Shown here: positions 37,043 to 45,246 of the stretch, one piece after another
Layout of the letters: each line of letters opens with the position of its first letter
Position numbering within the stretch: the first letter of the stretch is position 1
Source: a bacterium
Lineage (GTDB): Bacteria > Sysuimicrobiota > Sysuimicrobiia > Sysuimicrobiales > Kaftiobacteriaceae
Direction: 5' to 3'
Length of the DNA stretch: 52,358 bases
Assembly: GCA_044868695.1 (NCBI GenBank)
Contig: JBIOWP010000076.1
Coordinates: forward strand, 1-52,358
Translations under genes and position numbers: made by a program
The notes under the pieces: generated by a model
What the model was told of the DNA's origin: nothing
The model's database searches: none
What the model saw: only the letters and a program-made list of their open reading frames with translations

Positions 37043-37438
37043 GTGGCGGTTCAGGCGATCTCGATCGGGACGGGGCGGCGCAAGAACGCGACGGCGCGCG
37101 TGCGGCTCCTCCCGGGCAGCGGCAAGATCCTCGTCAACGGGCGGCCGGTTGAGGAGTACTTTCCCCGGTTGCCGCTCCAGACCATCATCCATCAGCCGCT
37201 CAAGGTGACCAACGCCGAGGGCCGGTTCGACATCCTTGCGACGGTCGACGGCGGCGGCATCTCCGGGCAGGCCGGCGCGGTGCGCCACGGGATCGCGCGG
37301 GCGCTTGCCCGCAACGACGAAACCCTGCGCCCGGCGCTGCATAAAGAAGGGCTGCTCACCCGCGACCCCCGGATGAAGGAACGCAAGAAGTACGGGCACA
37401 AGCGCGCACGGAAGGGGTTCCAGTACTCGAAGCGCTAG
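37043..37438 (+). CDS. rpsI: 30S ribosomal protein S9
   Basis: [35 protein letters not shown]. Confidence 0.98.
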   Translation: MAVQAISIGTGRRKNATARVRLLPGSGKILVNGRPVEEYFPRLPLQTIIHQPLKVTNAEGRFDILATVDGGGISGQAGAVRHGIARALARNDETLRPALHKEGLLTRDPRMKERKKYGHKRARKGFQYSKR

Positions 37439-37462
37439 TCGGTAGTCGCGTCACGGGAGAGG

Positions 37463-37510
37463 CGCAGGGAGGCATAGACCCACGAGGGTTGTGCCTCCCT
37501 GTGTGTTTGT
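37463..37510 (+). terminator. Probable intrinsic terminator after rpsI
   Basis: CAGGGAGGCA (37465-37474) / TGCCTCCCTG (37492-37501) stem, followed by TGTGTTTGT (imperfect U-tract). Confidence 0.65.
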
Positions 37511-37553
37511 GTCTACGGCGCGTCACAGGGTGGGCATGGTCCTAGTACCACGA
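37511..37553 (+). promoter_or_regulatory. Conserved upstream motif, copy 2 (shared with 35752-35794)
   Basis: Same pattern as copy 1, starting 60 nt before ATG 37571. Confidence 0.7.
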
Positions 37554-37570
37554 CGGGCTCGGACGGAGTC

Positions 37571-38746
37571 ATGCACCGGAAAACAGTAGCGGCCATCATA
37601 CTCGCAAGCGTTATGCTGGTCACCCTCACCCCGACGGGGCATGCGGCCGCGGGCGCGAGCCACGTGGTGCGTCCCGGCGAAACCCTCTACGGCATCGCCC
37701 GCGAGTACGGCGTGACGGTCCATGTGTTGGCGGAGGTCAACGGGCTCAGCGACCCCACGCTCATCAGGCCCGGGCAAGTGCTGAGAATCCCCACGACGGA
37801 AACGCGGATACACCGAGGCACGGAAGCAAAAGCTCAAGCACCCACACCGAAGCAGGCGGCAAAGAAGAAGGCGGCTCCCGCTCGCACGGTGAGCTACCGG
37901 TATTCGGTGGTCAGAGGCGACACGTTGTATGCCATCGCCCGCCGGTTCGGCACGACGGTCGCCGCCCTGAGGAAGGCGACCGCGCTGCAGTCCGACCTGA
38001 TCCGGCCGGGGCAGCGCCTCGTGGTTCCCGGCGTCAAGGTGACCCCCCAGATCCCGCCGCCGGGCCGGACGATCAAGATCAAGGTCCCCATCGACGATGA
38101 AACCGCGCCCTCCGAGCCGGTGCCGATTACCGCTGGCGACACCATTACCACCGAGCGGCCCCTGCGCGTCCGCCGGGGCCCAGGCACCTATTTTGGGACC
38201 CTGGCCCTGGTCGCTCCCCAGACGGAACTATGGGTGACGAAGACATCTCAGGGCTGGTACGAGGTGCAGCTGCCGGGTGGCGACGTGGGATGGGTGCGCG
38301 AGGAGGACGTGCAATCATCTCCGGCGTCCGATCCAACGGAATACGGACGGGCGACCGGAGATGTCATCGTCCGTGAGGCGATGCAGTACCTGGGGACGAG
38401 ATATGTTTGGGGAGGGAAGTCCAGCAGGGGGGTGGACTGTTCGGGCTTCGTCTACGCTGTCTTCTCGGCCTTCTCCCGGGATCTGCTCCGGCTGCGATCC
38501 TACGACTACTACCGGATGGGCGTTCCCGTGGCGCAGGCCGAGCTGCTGCCGGGGGACCTGGTCTTCTTTACGACCTACGCCCCCGGGGCGTCGCACGTTG
38601 GCATCTACGTGGGAGAGCGGAAGTTCGTTCACGCATCGTCCGGCGCCAGGGAAGTCGCAGTCTCTTCCCTTGACGAGTCGTACTACACGACCCGCTACTT
38701 CGGTGCGCGGCGGCTGGCGGAACCGATCCCAAACGCTACACCGTGA
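37571..38746 (+). CDS. 2xLysM plus SH3b plus NlpC/P60 peptidoglycan endopeptidase
   Basis: Signal peptide, HVVRPGETL and YSVVRGDTL LysMs, LRVRRGPG..GWY..GWV SH3b, YVWGG, DCSGF, HVGI, FVHASS. Confidence 0.93.
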   Translation: MHRKTVAAIILASVMLVTLTPTGHAAAGASHVVRPGETLYGIAREYGVTVHVLAEVNGLSDPTLIRPGQVLRIPTTETRIHRGTEAKAQAPTPKQAAKKKAAPARTVSYRYSVVRGDTLYAIARRFGTTVAALRKATALQSDLIRPGQRLVVPGVKVTPQIPPPGRTIKIKVPIDDETAPSEPVPITAGDTITTERPLRVRRGPGTYFGTLALVAPQTELWVTKTSQGWYEVQLPGGDVGWVREEDVQSSPASDPTEYGRATGDVIVREAMQYLGTRYVWGGKSSRGVDCSGFVYAVFSAFSRDLLRLRSYDYYRMGVPVAQAELLPGDLVFFTTYAPGASHVGIYVGERKFVHASSGAREVAVSSLDESYYTTRYFGARRLAEPIPNATP

Positions 38747-38754
38747 TCTTGGCT

Positions 38755-38888
38755 GTCATTGCGAGCCCGGAGGGCGAAGCAATCTCCGGGTGAGTGGAGA
38801 TCGCCACGGCCCAGAGCCTGCCCTGAGCGAGTCGAAGGGGGCCTCGCGATGACTGCTGTGGATGGGGCTGCGGGTCCCTCGCAATGAC
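38755..38888. repeat. Composite REP/REPIN-like cluster with a nested second repeat type
   Basis: GTCATTGCGAG (38755-38765) is the exact reverse complement of CTCGCAATGAC (38878-38888) and nearly of CTCGCGATGAC (38843-38853). CCTGAGCGAGTCGAAGG (38822-38838) is nested in the second unit. Confidence 0.85.
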
Positions 38889-38939
38889 GGTCAAGGGTTT
38901 GTCCACAGGTGCACAGAAGATGGTGGGCCGGAGCCAGCG

Positions 38940-40343
38940 ATGTCGAAGATAAGAGTCCGCCAGCGCGGCACGCGGCATGCCCGCCAGCTTGCGCGTCCGA
39001 GGCGGCCGGCGTCCCGCACCCGGGTCGTCATCCTCGGCGCCGGCGGTCGGGACTTCCACAACTTTAACGTCTACTTCCGCGGGCGTTCCGACTACCAGGT
39101 CGTCGCCTTTACGGCCACCCAGATTCCCGACATCGAGGGGCGGCTCTATCCGCCGCCGCTCGCCGGGCCGCTGTACCCCGACGGCATTCCCATCTACGCG
39201 GAGGACGAACTGCCGGATCTAGTCCACCGGCTGCGCGTGGACCAGGTGGTGTTTGCGTATAGCGACGTCTCCCACGAGCACGTCATGCACCTCGGGTCGA
39301 TCGCGATGGCCGCGGGCGCCGGCCTCGTGCTCCTTGGGCCGAATGCGACGATGCTCGCCGCCCGGGTGCCGGTCGTCAGCATCTGCGCCGTGCGGACGGG
39401 CGCCGGCAAGTCCCAGACGACCCGCCGGGTGACCGGGATCCTGAAGGCGCTGAGCCGCCGCATCGCGGTGATCCGTCACCCGATGGCGTACGGCGACCTT
39501 GTCCGCCAGCGGGCGCAGCGGTTTGCGACCTTCGACGACCTCGACCGCTACGGCGTGACCATTGAAGAGCGTGAGGAGTACGAACCGCACATTGCCGCCG
39601 GCACTGTCGTGTATGCGGGCGTCGACTACGGCGATGTGGTCCGGCAGGCCCAGCGGGAGGCCGACGTCATCGTGTGGGACGGCGGCAACAACGACTTTCC
39701 GTTCCTGCGGTCGGACCTGCAGATTGTGGTGGCGGATCCCCACCGAGCGGGGCACGAGCTGACCTATCACCCCGGTGAGACGAACCTGCGGATGGCGGAC
39801 GTCGTCGTTATCAACAAGGTGGATACGGCCCGCCCCGAGGACGTCGCGCTCGTCCGGGCCAACACCGCGCGGGTCAATCCGCGGGCGGTCATCATCGAAG
39901 CCGCCTCCCCGGTGCGCGTGGACGATCCCGTGCTGATCTCGGATGCGCGCGCGCTGGTCGTGGAGGACGGGCCGACGCTGACGCACGGCGGCATGGCGTA
40001 TGGCGCCGGAGTCATCGCCGCCCGGACGTTCGGGGTGCGCGACCTGGTCGACCCGCGTCCGTACACAGTGGGGTCGATCCGGCAGATCTTCAAGCGGTAC
40101 CCGCACCTGGGCCCGGTCCTGCCCGCGATGGGGTACGGAGAGCGGCAGATGAGGGAGTTGCAGGAGACAATTGACGCCGCCGACTGTGACGTCGTGATCA
40201 TCGGGACGCCGGTGGATCTGCGGCGCGCCATCAGCATCCGCAAGCCGGCCGTCCGTGTACGATACGAATTGCAGGAGACCACGAAACCCGATCTGGAGGA
40301 CGTGGTGAAGGCGTGGGTGTCCAGACAAAAGGTGCCCAGGTGA
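38940..40343 (+). CDS. arcE: P-loop protein of the cyclic 2,3-diphosphoglycerate synthetase-like family; probable arginine synthetase (ArcE)
   Basis: LGAGGRDFHNFN, AFTATQIPDIEGRLYP, VRTGAGKSQT, RHPM.YGDL, TIEEREEYE, WDGGNND, VEDGPTLTHGGM, LPAMGY; GTGA-coupled to OTC. Confidence 0.78.
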   Translation: MSKIRVRQRGTRHARQLARPRRPASRTRVVILGAGGRDFHNFNVYFRGRSDYQVVAFTATQIPDIEGRLYPPPLAGPLYPDGIPIYAEDELPDLVHRLRVDQVVFAYSDVSHEHVMHLGSIAMAAGAGLVLLGPNATMLAARVPVVSICAVRTGAGKSQTTRRVTGILKALSRRIAVIRHPMAYGDLVRQRAQRFATFDDLDRYGVTIEEREEYEPHIAAGTVVYAGVDYGDVVRQAQREADVIVWDGGNNDFPFLRSDLQIVVADPHRAGHELTYHPGETNLRMADVVVINKVDTARPEDVALVRANTARVNPRAVIIEAASPVRVDDPVLISDARALVVEDGPTLTHGGMAYGAGVIAARTFGVRDLVDPRPYTVGSIRQIFKRYPHLGPVLPAMGYGERQMRELQETIDAADCDVVIIGTPVDLRRAISIRKPAVRVRYELQETTKPDLEDVVKAWVSRQKVPR

Positions 40344-41266
40344 ACCTGCGCGGTCGAGATCTCGTGTCGATGGACGACCTCTCGCCCGAGGAAGTCCGTC
40401 TCGTGCTGGACACGGCCGTGGACCTCAAGCGCCGTTCCAAGGCAGGCGACCGGCCGCCTCTCCTGGCCGGCAGGGTCCTTGCCATGATCTTTGAGAAACC
40501 GTCGCTGCGCACGCGCGTGACCTTCGAGACCGGCATGTGGGAACTGGGCGGCTATGCCATCTACCTGGCGCCCCAGGACGTCCAGCTGGGGACCAGAGAA
40601 ACCGTCCCGGACGTTGCCCGCAACCTTGAGCGCTGGGTCCAGGGGATCATGGCCCGGACCTTCGCCCACCGGACCGTGCAGTTGCTGGCCGAGCACGCCC
40701 GCGTCCCGGTCGTCAACGGATTATCGGATCTCGAGCATCCCTGCCAGACGCTGGGCGACCTGCTCACCCTCCGGGAACGGTTTGGGCACCTGGACGGACT
40801 GCGCGTCGCCTGGGTCGGCGACGGGAACAACGTGTGCCACTCCCTCCTGCTGGGGGCCGCCAAGGTCGGCATGCACGTGGCGGTCGCGACGCCGCCGCGC
40901 TACGCTCCCGACCCGGCGATCGTCGCCCGGGCGCGGGAGATCGCTTCCACCTCGGGCAGCCACATCGACGCCGGCGCCGATCCGGCAGCCGCCGCCCGGG
41001 GCGCGGATGCGATCTACACAGACGTCTGGGTCAGCATGGGGCAGGAGGGGGAACGGGCGGCCAAACTCGCCGCGTTTGGGGGATTCCAGGTCAACACCAC
41101 GCTGGTAGCGCGCGCGGCGCCGCACGCCGTCGTGCTCCACTGCCTGCCGGCCCACCGCGGGGAGGAAATTTCCAGCGACGTCCTGGACGGATCACACTCG
41201 ATCGTGCTCGACCAGGCAGAGAACCGGCTCCATGCCCAAAAAGCGCTGCTATCCTTGATATTGTGA
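40340..41266 (+). CDS. argF: Ornithine carbamoyltransferase
   Basis: FEKPSLRT, HPCQ, GDGNNV, TDVWVSMG, HCLPA, QAENR. Confidence 0.96.
   Translation: MNLRGRDLVSMDDLSPEEVRLVLDTAVDLKRRSKAGDRPPLLAGRVLAMIFEKPSLRTRVTFETGMWELGGYAIYLAPQDVQLGTRETVPDVARNLERWVQGIMARTFAHRTVQLLAEHARVPVVNGLSDLEHPCQTLGDLLTLRERFGHLDGLRVAWVGDGNNVCHSLLLGAAKVGMHVAVATPPRYAPDPAIVARAREIASTSGSHIDAGADPAAAARGADAIYTDVWVSMGQEGERAAKLAAFGGFQVNTTLVARAAPHAVVLHCLPAHRGEEISSDVLDGSHSIVLDQAENRLHAQKALLSLIL
41247..41264 (+). promoter_or_regulatory. Two tandem extended -10 boxes, candidate internal promoter for cdaA-cdaR-glmM
   Basis: TGCTATCCT (41247-41255) and TGATATTGT (41256-41264) both fit TGnTAnnnT; GGAG and GTG 41285 follow. Confidence 0.35.
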
Positions 41267-41284
41267 GACACGTGGAGACCTAAA

Positions 41285-42100
41285 GTGCCGTTCGACCTGC
41301 GGATTCTCGACATCCTAGATATTCTGATCGTGACGGCGCTGATCTACCAGCTCCTCCTGCTGATCCGCGGGACGCGGGCGGTGCAGCTGGTGACGGGCGT
41401 GGTTATCCTCATCGGCGCGTACGCCTTCAGCCGCGCCGTGGGGCTGTACACGCTGCAGTATGTGCTGCAGTACCTGGGCGTCGTCATTCCTATTGCGCTG
41501 CTGGTCATCTTCCAGCCGGAGCTGCGCCGGATGCTCGAACAGCTCGGGCGCGGCGGCGTGCTGGTCAGCGGGTTTGTCCCGCACGGGCTGGGCCGTGAGG
41601 AGGCCATCCGTCTGATCAACGACGTCTCCCGCGCCTCGCGCATCCTGGGCCTGCGGAAGATCGGCGGACTCATCGTGCTGGAGCGTCAGACCGGCCTCGC
41701 CGATTTCATCGAGACCGGCATCAAGGTCGATGCGGTCGTGACGGTGCAGCTGCTGATCAGCCTGTTCTTTCCCAACTCGCCGCTGCACGACGGGGCGGCG
41801 ATTATCCGCGGCAACCGCGTGATTGCCGCCGGCTGTCTGCTGCCGCTGTCGGAAAACCCCGCTGTGACCCGGACGCTGGGGACGCGGCACCGGGCCGGGC
41901 TGGGTGTTACTGAACAGACCGACGCCGTCGCCATCATCGTCTCCGAGGAAACCGGGACCGTCACGCTCGCGCGGGAGGGCGACCTCGTCCGCGGGCTGTC
42001 GGAAGAGGAGCTCAAGGCCGCGCTGCTGGAGCTGTTCGCCGCCGAGCCCCGCCGCGGCGCCGCACCCTGGCGCTGGTGGCGGACCATCCGACGCGCATGA
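41285..42100 (+). CDS. cdaA: Diadenylate cyclase CdaA
   Basis: Three N-terminal TM helices, IFQPELR, PLHDGA, LGTRHRA, VSEETG. Confidence 0.96.
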   Translation: MPFDLRILDILDILIVTALIYQLLLLIRGTRAVQLVTGVVILIGAYAFSRAVGLYTLQYVLQYLGVVIPIALLVIFQPELRRMLEQLGRGGVLVSGFVPHGLGREEAIRLINDVSRASRILGLRKIGGLIVLERQTGLADFIETGIKVDAVVTVQLLISLFFPNSPLHDGAAIIRGNRVIAAGCLLPLSENPAVTRTLGTRHRAGLGVTEQTDAVAIIVSEETGTVTLAREGDLVRGLSEEELKAALLELFAAEPRRGAAPWRWWRTIRRA

Positions 42101-42753
42101 GGCCGCGCCGCCTGCTGAATGAGCAACGTCTTCTCCTGCTCTTGTCCTTTGCCATCGCCGTGACGTCGTGGTACTACGTTGTCTCGACGCAGAACCCGCG
42201 GGTCCCGCGCACGACCACGAAGCTCGTGGCCGTCATTCCCGAGATCGCCGGCGAGCCGGCCTACGGCTACAGCCTGCTCGGCGTGCGCGTGACCCCACCG
42301 ACGATCACGGTGTCGGGATTGCCGGAACGGCTGGCGGAGATCGAGATGGTCCGCACCGAGCCCGTTGACATCACCGGTAAGACCGCCGACGTCGTGCGTG
42401 AAGTCGCCCTGGCCGGGTCTCCCGATGTCGTCAGGCCGGTGCGCGTGCGCGTCGCGGTCCAGATTGCGCCCGCGATGGCCGCGAGGGTCGTGGCCCAGGT
42501 CCGGGTCCGCGTGGAGAATACGCCGAACGGCCTGGGGGTGCGCGTGGACCCGGCGGTGGTCGACGTGCAGGTCGAGGGTCCGGTGGCTATCGTGAGCCGC
42601 CTGCGGTCCACCGATCTCGTGGCCCGCGTGGATGGTACGGATTTTTCGGAAGGGCGTCGGCGCGCCCCGCTGCAGATCGATCTGCCGGCGCAGGTGCGAG
42701 TATTGTCCATCCGGCCGAGCACGGTCCTGGTTGTCATCCGGAAAGGGAGTTAA
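42097..42753 (+). CDS. cdaR: CdaR (YbbR-domain) regulator of CdaA
   Basis: ATGA coupling; one TM anchor, two YbbR-like repeats (PPTITVSG, PAVVDVQVEGP); position between cdaA and glmM. Confidence 0.85.
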   Translation: MRPRRLLNEQRLLLLLSFAIAVTSWYYVVSTQNPRVPRTTTKLVAVIPEIAGEPAYGYSLLGVRVTPPTITVSGLPERLAEIEMVRTEPVDITGKTADVVREVALAGSPDVVRPVRVRVAVQIAPAMAARVVAQVRVRVENTPNGLGVRVDPAVVDVQVEGPVAIVSRLRSTDLVARVDGTDFSEGRRRAPLQIDLPAQVRVLSIRPSTVLVVIRKGS

Positions 42754-44097
42754 GTGGGCCGGCTGTTCGGGACTGACGGCGTACGCGGCGTCGCCAACGC
42801 GGACCTGACGCCCGAGCTGGCGTTCCGGCTCGGCCGCGCGGCGGCGCACGTGCTGGCCGCCGAGGGCGGGGGGCGGTTCTTCGTGGGACGCGACACCCGC
42901 CTGTCCGGACCGATGCTCGAAGCGGCGCTGACCGCGGCGGTCTGTGCGGCCGGCGGCATCGTGATGCGCGGCGGCATCCTGCCCACGCCGGCCGTCGCGT
43001 ACCTGACCCGGCATCTCGACGCCTCGGCCGGGATCGTTATCTCCGCGTCGCACAACCCTGTCGAAGACAACGGGATCAAGTTCTTCGCGCGGGACGGATA
43101 CAAACTGCCGGATAGTGTCGAGGACGCCGTCGAGGCGGTCATGGACCGCCACGACCTCCGCCGCGCGGTCGGCCTGCACATCGGCCGTGCCGAGGACCTC
43201 CCGGATGCCGCGGACGTCTACGTGGACCACGTCGCATCACTAGGTCCGGGTTCGTTGGGCGGCCTGCGTGTGGTCGTGGACTGCGCGTATGGCGCGGCCT
43301 GCCGCACAGCGCCGACCCTGTGGGAACAGCTCGGCGCCACGGTGATCGCCATCAACGACGATCCCGACGGCGCCCGTATCAACGTGGGCTGCGGCTCGAC
43401 GAATCCCGGCGTGCTCCAGCAGGCGGTCCAGCAGCACGGCGCAGACGTGGGCTTCGCCCACGACGGCGACGCCGACCGGGTGATCGCGGTCGATGAGACC
43501 GGCCGCATCCTCGACGGCGACGCGATCATGGGCATCTGTGCGATGCACATGGACGCGCACGGGAAGCTGGCGCGCCGGACCGTGGTCGCGACGGTGATGT
43601 CCAACCTGGGCCTCGAGGTGGCGCTGCACCGCGCCGGCATCACGCTGGAACGTACGAGAGTCGGCGACCGCTACGTGCTGGAGCGAATGCGTGAGCTGGG
43701 CGCCAGCCTGGGCGGCGAACAGAGCGGGCATGTCATCTTCCTCGACCACGCGACGACCGGTGACGGCGCCATCACCGCGGTCCAGCTGGTGAACGTCATG
43801 CTGGAGAGCGGGCGGCCGCTGTCCGAGCTCGCCGCGCCGATCGAACGCTTTCCTCAGGTGCTGCTCAACGTCACTGTGGCGGGCCGCACGCCGATGGCGG
43901 ACCGCCCGTCTATTCAGACTGCCATCACCGATGCGGAGCGCACCCTTGGAGCCCGCGGACGCGTCCTCGTCCGGCCGTCCGGCACAGAGCCTCTGGTCCG
44001 TGTGATGGTCGAGGCTGAGGACCAGGGCGAGGCCGAGTCGCTGGCCGGCCACCTGGCCGACGTGATCGCTCACGAACTGGGCGGCCGCCGGACCTGA
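42754..44097 (+). CDS. glmM: Phosphoglucosamine mutase
   Basis: FGTDGVRG, ISASHNP, DGDADR, VGDRYV, GGEQSGH, RPSGTEP. Confidence 0.97.
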   Translation: MGRLFGTDGVRGVANADLTPELAFRLGRAAAHVLAAEGGGRFFVGRDTRLSGPMLEAALTAAVCAAGGIVMRGGILPTPAVAYLTRHLDASAGIVISASHNPVEDNGIKFFARDGYKLPDSVEDAVEAVMDRHDLRRAVGLHIGRAEDLPDAADVYVDHVASLGPGSLGGLRVVVDCAYGAACRTAPTLWEQLGATVIAINDDPDGARINVGCGSTNPGVLQQAVQQHGADVGFAHDGDADRVIAVDETGRILDGDAIMGICAMHMDAHGKLARRTVVATVMSNLGLEVALHRAGITLERTRVGDRYVLERMRELGASLGGEQSGHVIFLDHATTGDGAITAVQLVNVMLESGRPLSELAAPIERFPQVLLNVTVAGRTPMADRPSIQTAITDAERTLGARGRVLVRPSGTEPLVRVMVEAEDQGEAESLAGHLADVIAHELGGRRT

Positions 44098-44105
44098 GGC
44101 GCGGC

Positions 44106-44840
44106 GTGGAGTCGTCTAACATTCTGGGCGTGCGGGTGCACCATCTCACCAGCGCCGGGGCGGTCGAGGCGGTGCGGGCCCTGCTGCGCGACGGTGGTGC
44201 CCACCAGGTCGTGACCGTGAACGGCGTGATGCTCGTGCAGGCCGCCCGCGATGAGCGCATCCGGGGCGTGCTCAACGGGGCGGCGCTTGCCGTTGCCGAC
44301 GGTGCCGGGGTTGCGGTCGCGGCCCGGATCCTGGGACGCCCGGCGCCGGCGCGGGTCCCCGGTGTAGAGCTTGCCGACGACCTGGCCGGTCTTGCGGCGG
44401 CGGAGGGGTATCCGATCTACTTGCTGGGGGCTGCCCCTGGGGTTGCCGAGGAGGCGGCAGATGCGCTCCGCCGGCGGCATCCGGGGCTCGTGGTGGCCGG
44501 CGTGCATCATGGATATGTGCAGGATGACGCGGCCGTCATCGCCGCCATCCATCGGGCCCGGCCCCACATTCTGTTTGTCGGGATGGGCTTTCCCCGCCAG
44601 GAGCTCTGGATTGCCCAACACCTCGACCGCCTGGGCGTGCCGGTGAGCATGGGAGTCGGCGGAACACTCGACGTGCTGGCGGGCCGGGCGCAGCGGGCGC
44701 CTCGCTGGGCGCAGCGGGCCGGGCTGGAGTGGGCATACAGAGTAGTGAGAGAGCCGCGGCGCTGGCGGGTAGCGGCCGGCCTGCCGCGACTGCTCTGGTT
44801 GGCGCTGAGCCAAAGGATGAAGGAACGCGGCAAGGAATAG
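44106..44840 (+). CDS. tagA: WecB/TagA/CpsF (GT26) glycosyltransferase
   Basis: VVTVN, ADGAG, RVPGVEL, HHGY, GMGFPRQE, GVGG, RAP, LEWAYR..EP.R. Confidence 0.92.
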   Translation: MESSNILGVRVHHLTSAGAVEAVRALLRDGGAHQVVTVNGVMLVQAARDERIRGVLNGAALAVADGAGVAVAARILGRPAPARVPGVELADDLAGLAAAEGYPIYLLGAAPGVAEEAADALRRRHPGLVVAGVHHGYVQDDAAVIAAIHRARPHILFVGMGFPRQELWIAQHLDRLGVPVSMGVGGTLDVLAGRAQRAPRWAQRAGLEWAYRVVREPRRWRVAAGLPRLLWLALSQRMKERGKE

Positions 44841-44926
44841 CGGTAGACACGGACATTACGATATGGTCTACTTGGTCTCAAACGGCGTAACTAGGATGGG
44901 AGGTGAGACTGTTTTAGTGGTGCCAT

Positions 44927-45122
44927 AGCGCCTGACCCCTAAACGCGACGGCGGGATTAGGGAGCCTTAATCCCTTGTTCAGCGGTTAGGGGTGACGAGG
45001 GAGGGGAACTCGGACCATCGGCGGGTGACCCTAGGCCTGGATCCGGGCCTGCACCGCTCCGACGCCTGTCGGAGGCAAGCAGCTCACAAACACCGGGGGT
45101 AACCCCGGTCCAGAAGGCTGCT
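44927..45122 (+). ncRNA. glmS ribozyme (GlcN6P-activated self-cleaving riboswitch)
   Basis: AGCGCC at 44927 (cleavage expected A44927/G44928); P1 ACCCCTAA/TTAGGGGT; GACGAGG 44994-45000; ATCGGCGGGTG 45017-45027; P3 AGGCC/GGCCT; P4 AGCAGC/GCTGCT with ACAAA and GTAA-capped ACCGGGG/CCCCGGT; directly upstream of glmS. Confidence 0.92.
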
Positions 45123-45130
45123 AGGACAAC

Positions 45131-45190
45131 ATCGCGGGGAGCAGGAGACGCTGTCGCCGGTCTCCTTCGTTGCCTGCGATTTGCATTTTC
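45131..45190 (+). other. Long hairpin with U-rich tail between the ribozyme and glmS
   Basis: ATCGCGGG/CCTGCGAT outer stem, AGGAGAC/GTCTCCT inner stem, then TTGCATTTTC. Confidence 0.45.
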
Positions 45191-45246
45191 CCAACCGTTC
45201 CAGTATTACAAATCTTCTTGAGCCCGGAAGGGCGACTGGAGAGGTC

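Noticed and set aside
38755..38888. CRISPR array or IS element
   Set aside because: No regularly spaced direct repeats with unique spacers, and no cas or transposase gene. The pattern is inverted REP-like units.
38940..40343. Annotation as true cyclic 2,3-diphosphoglycerate synthetase
   Set aside because: No 2-phosphoglycerate kinase nearby. Coupling to argF and the GRDFHNFN N-terminus favour the arginine synthetase subfamily.
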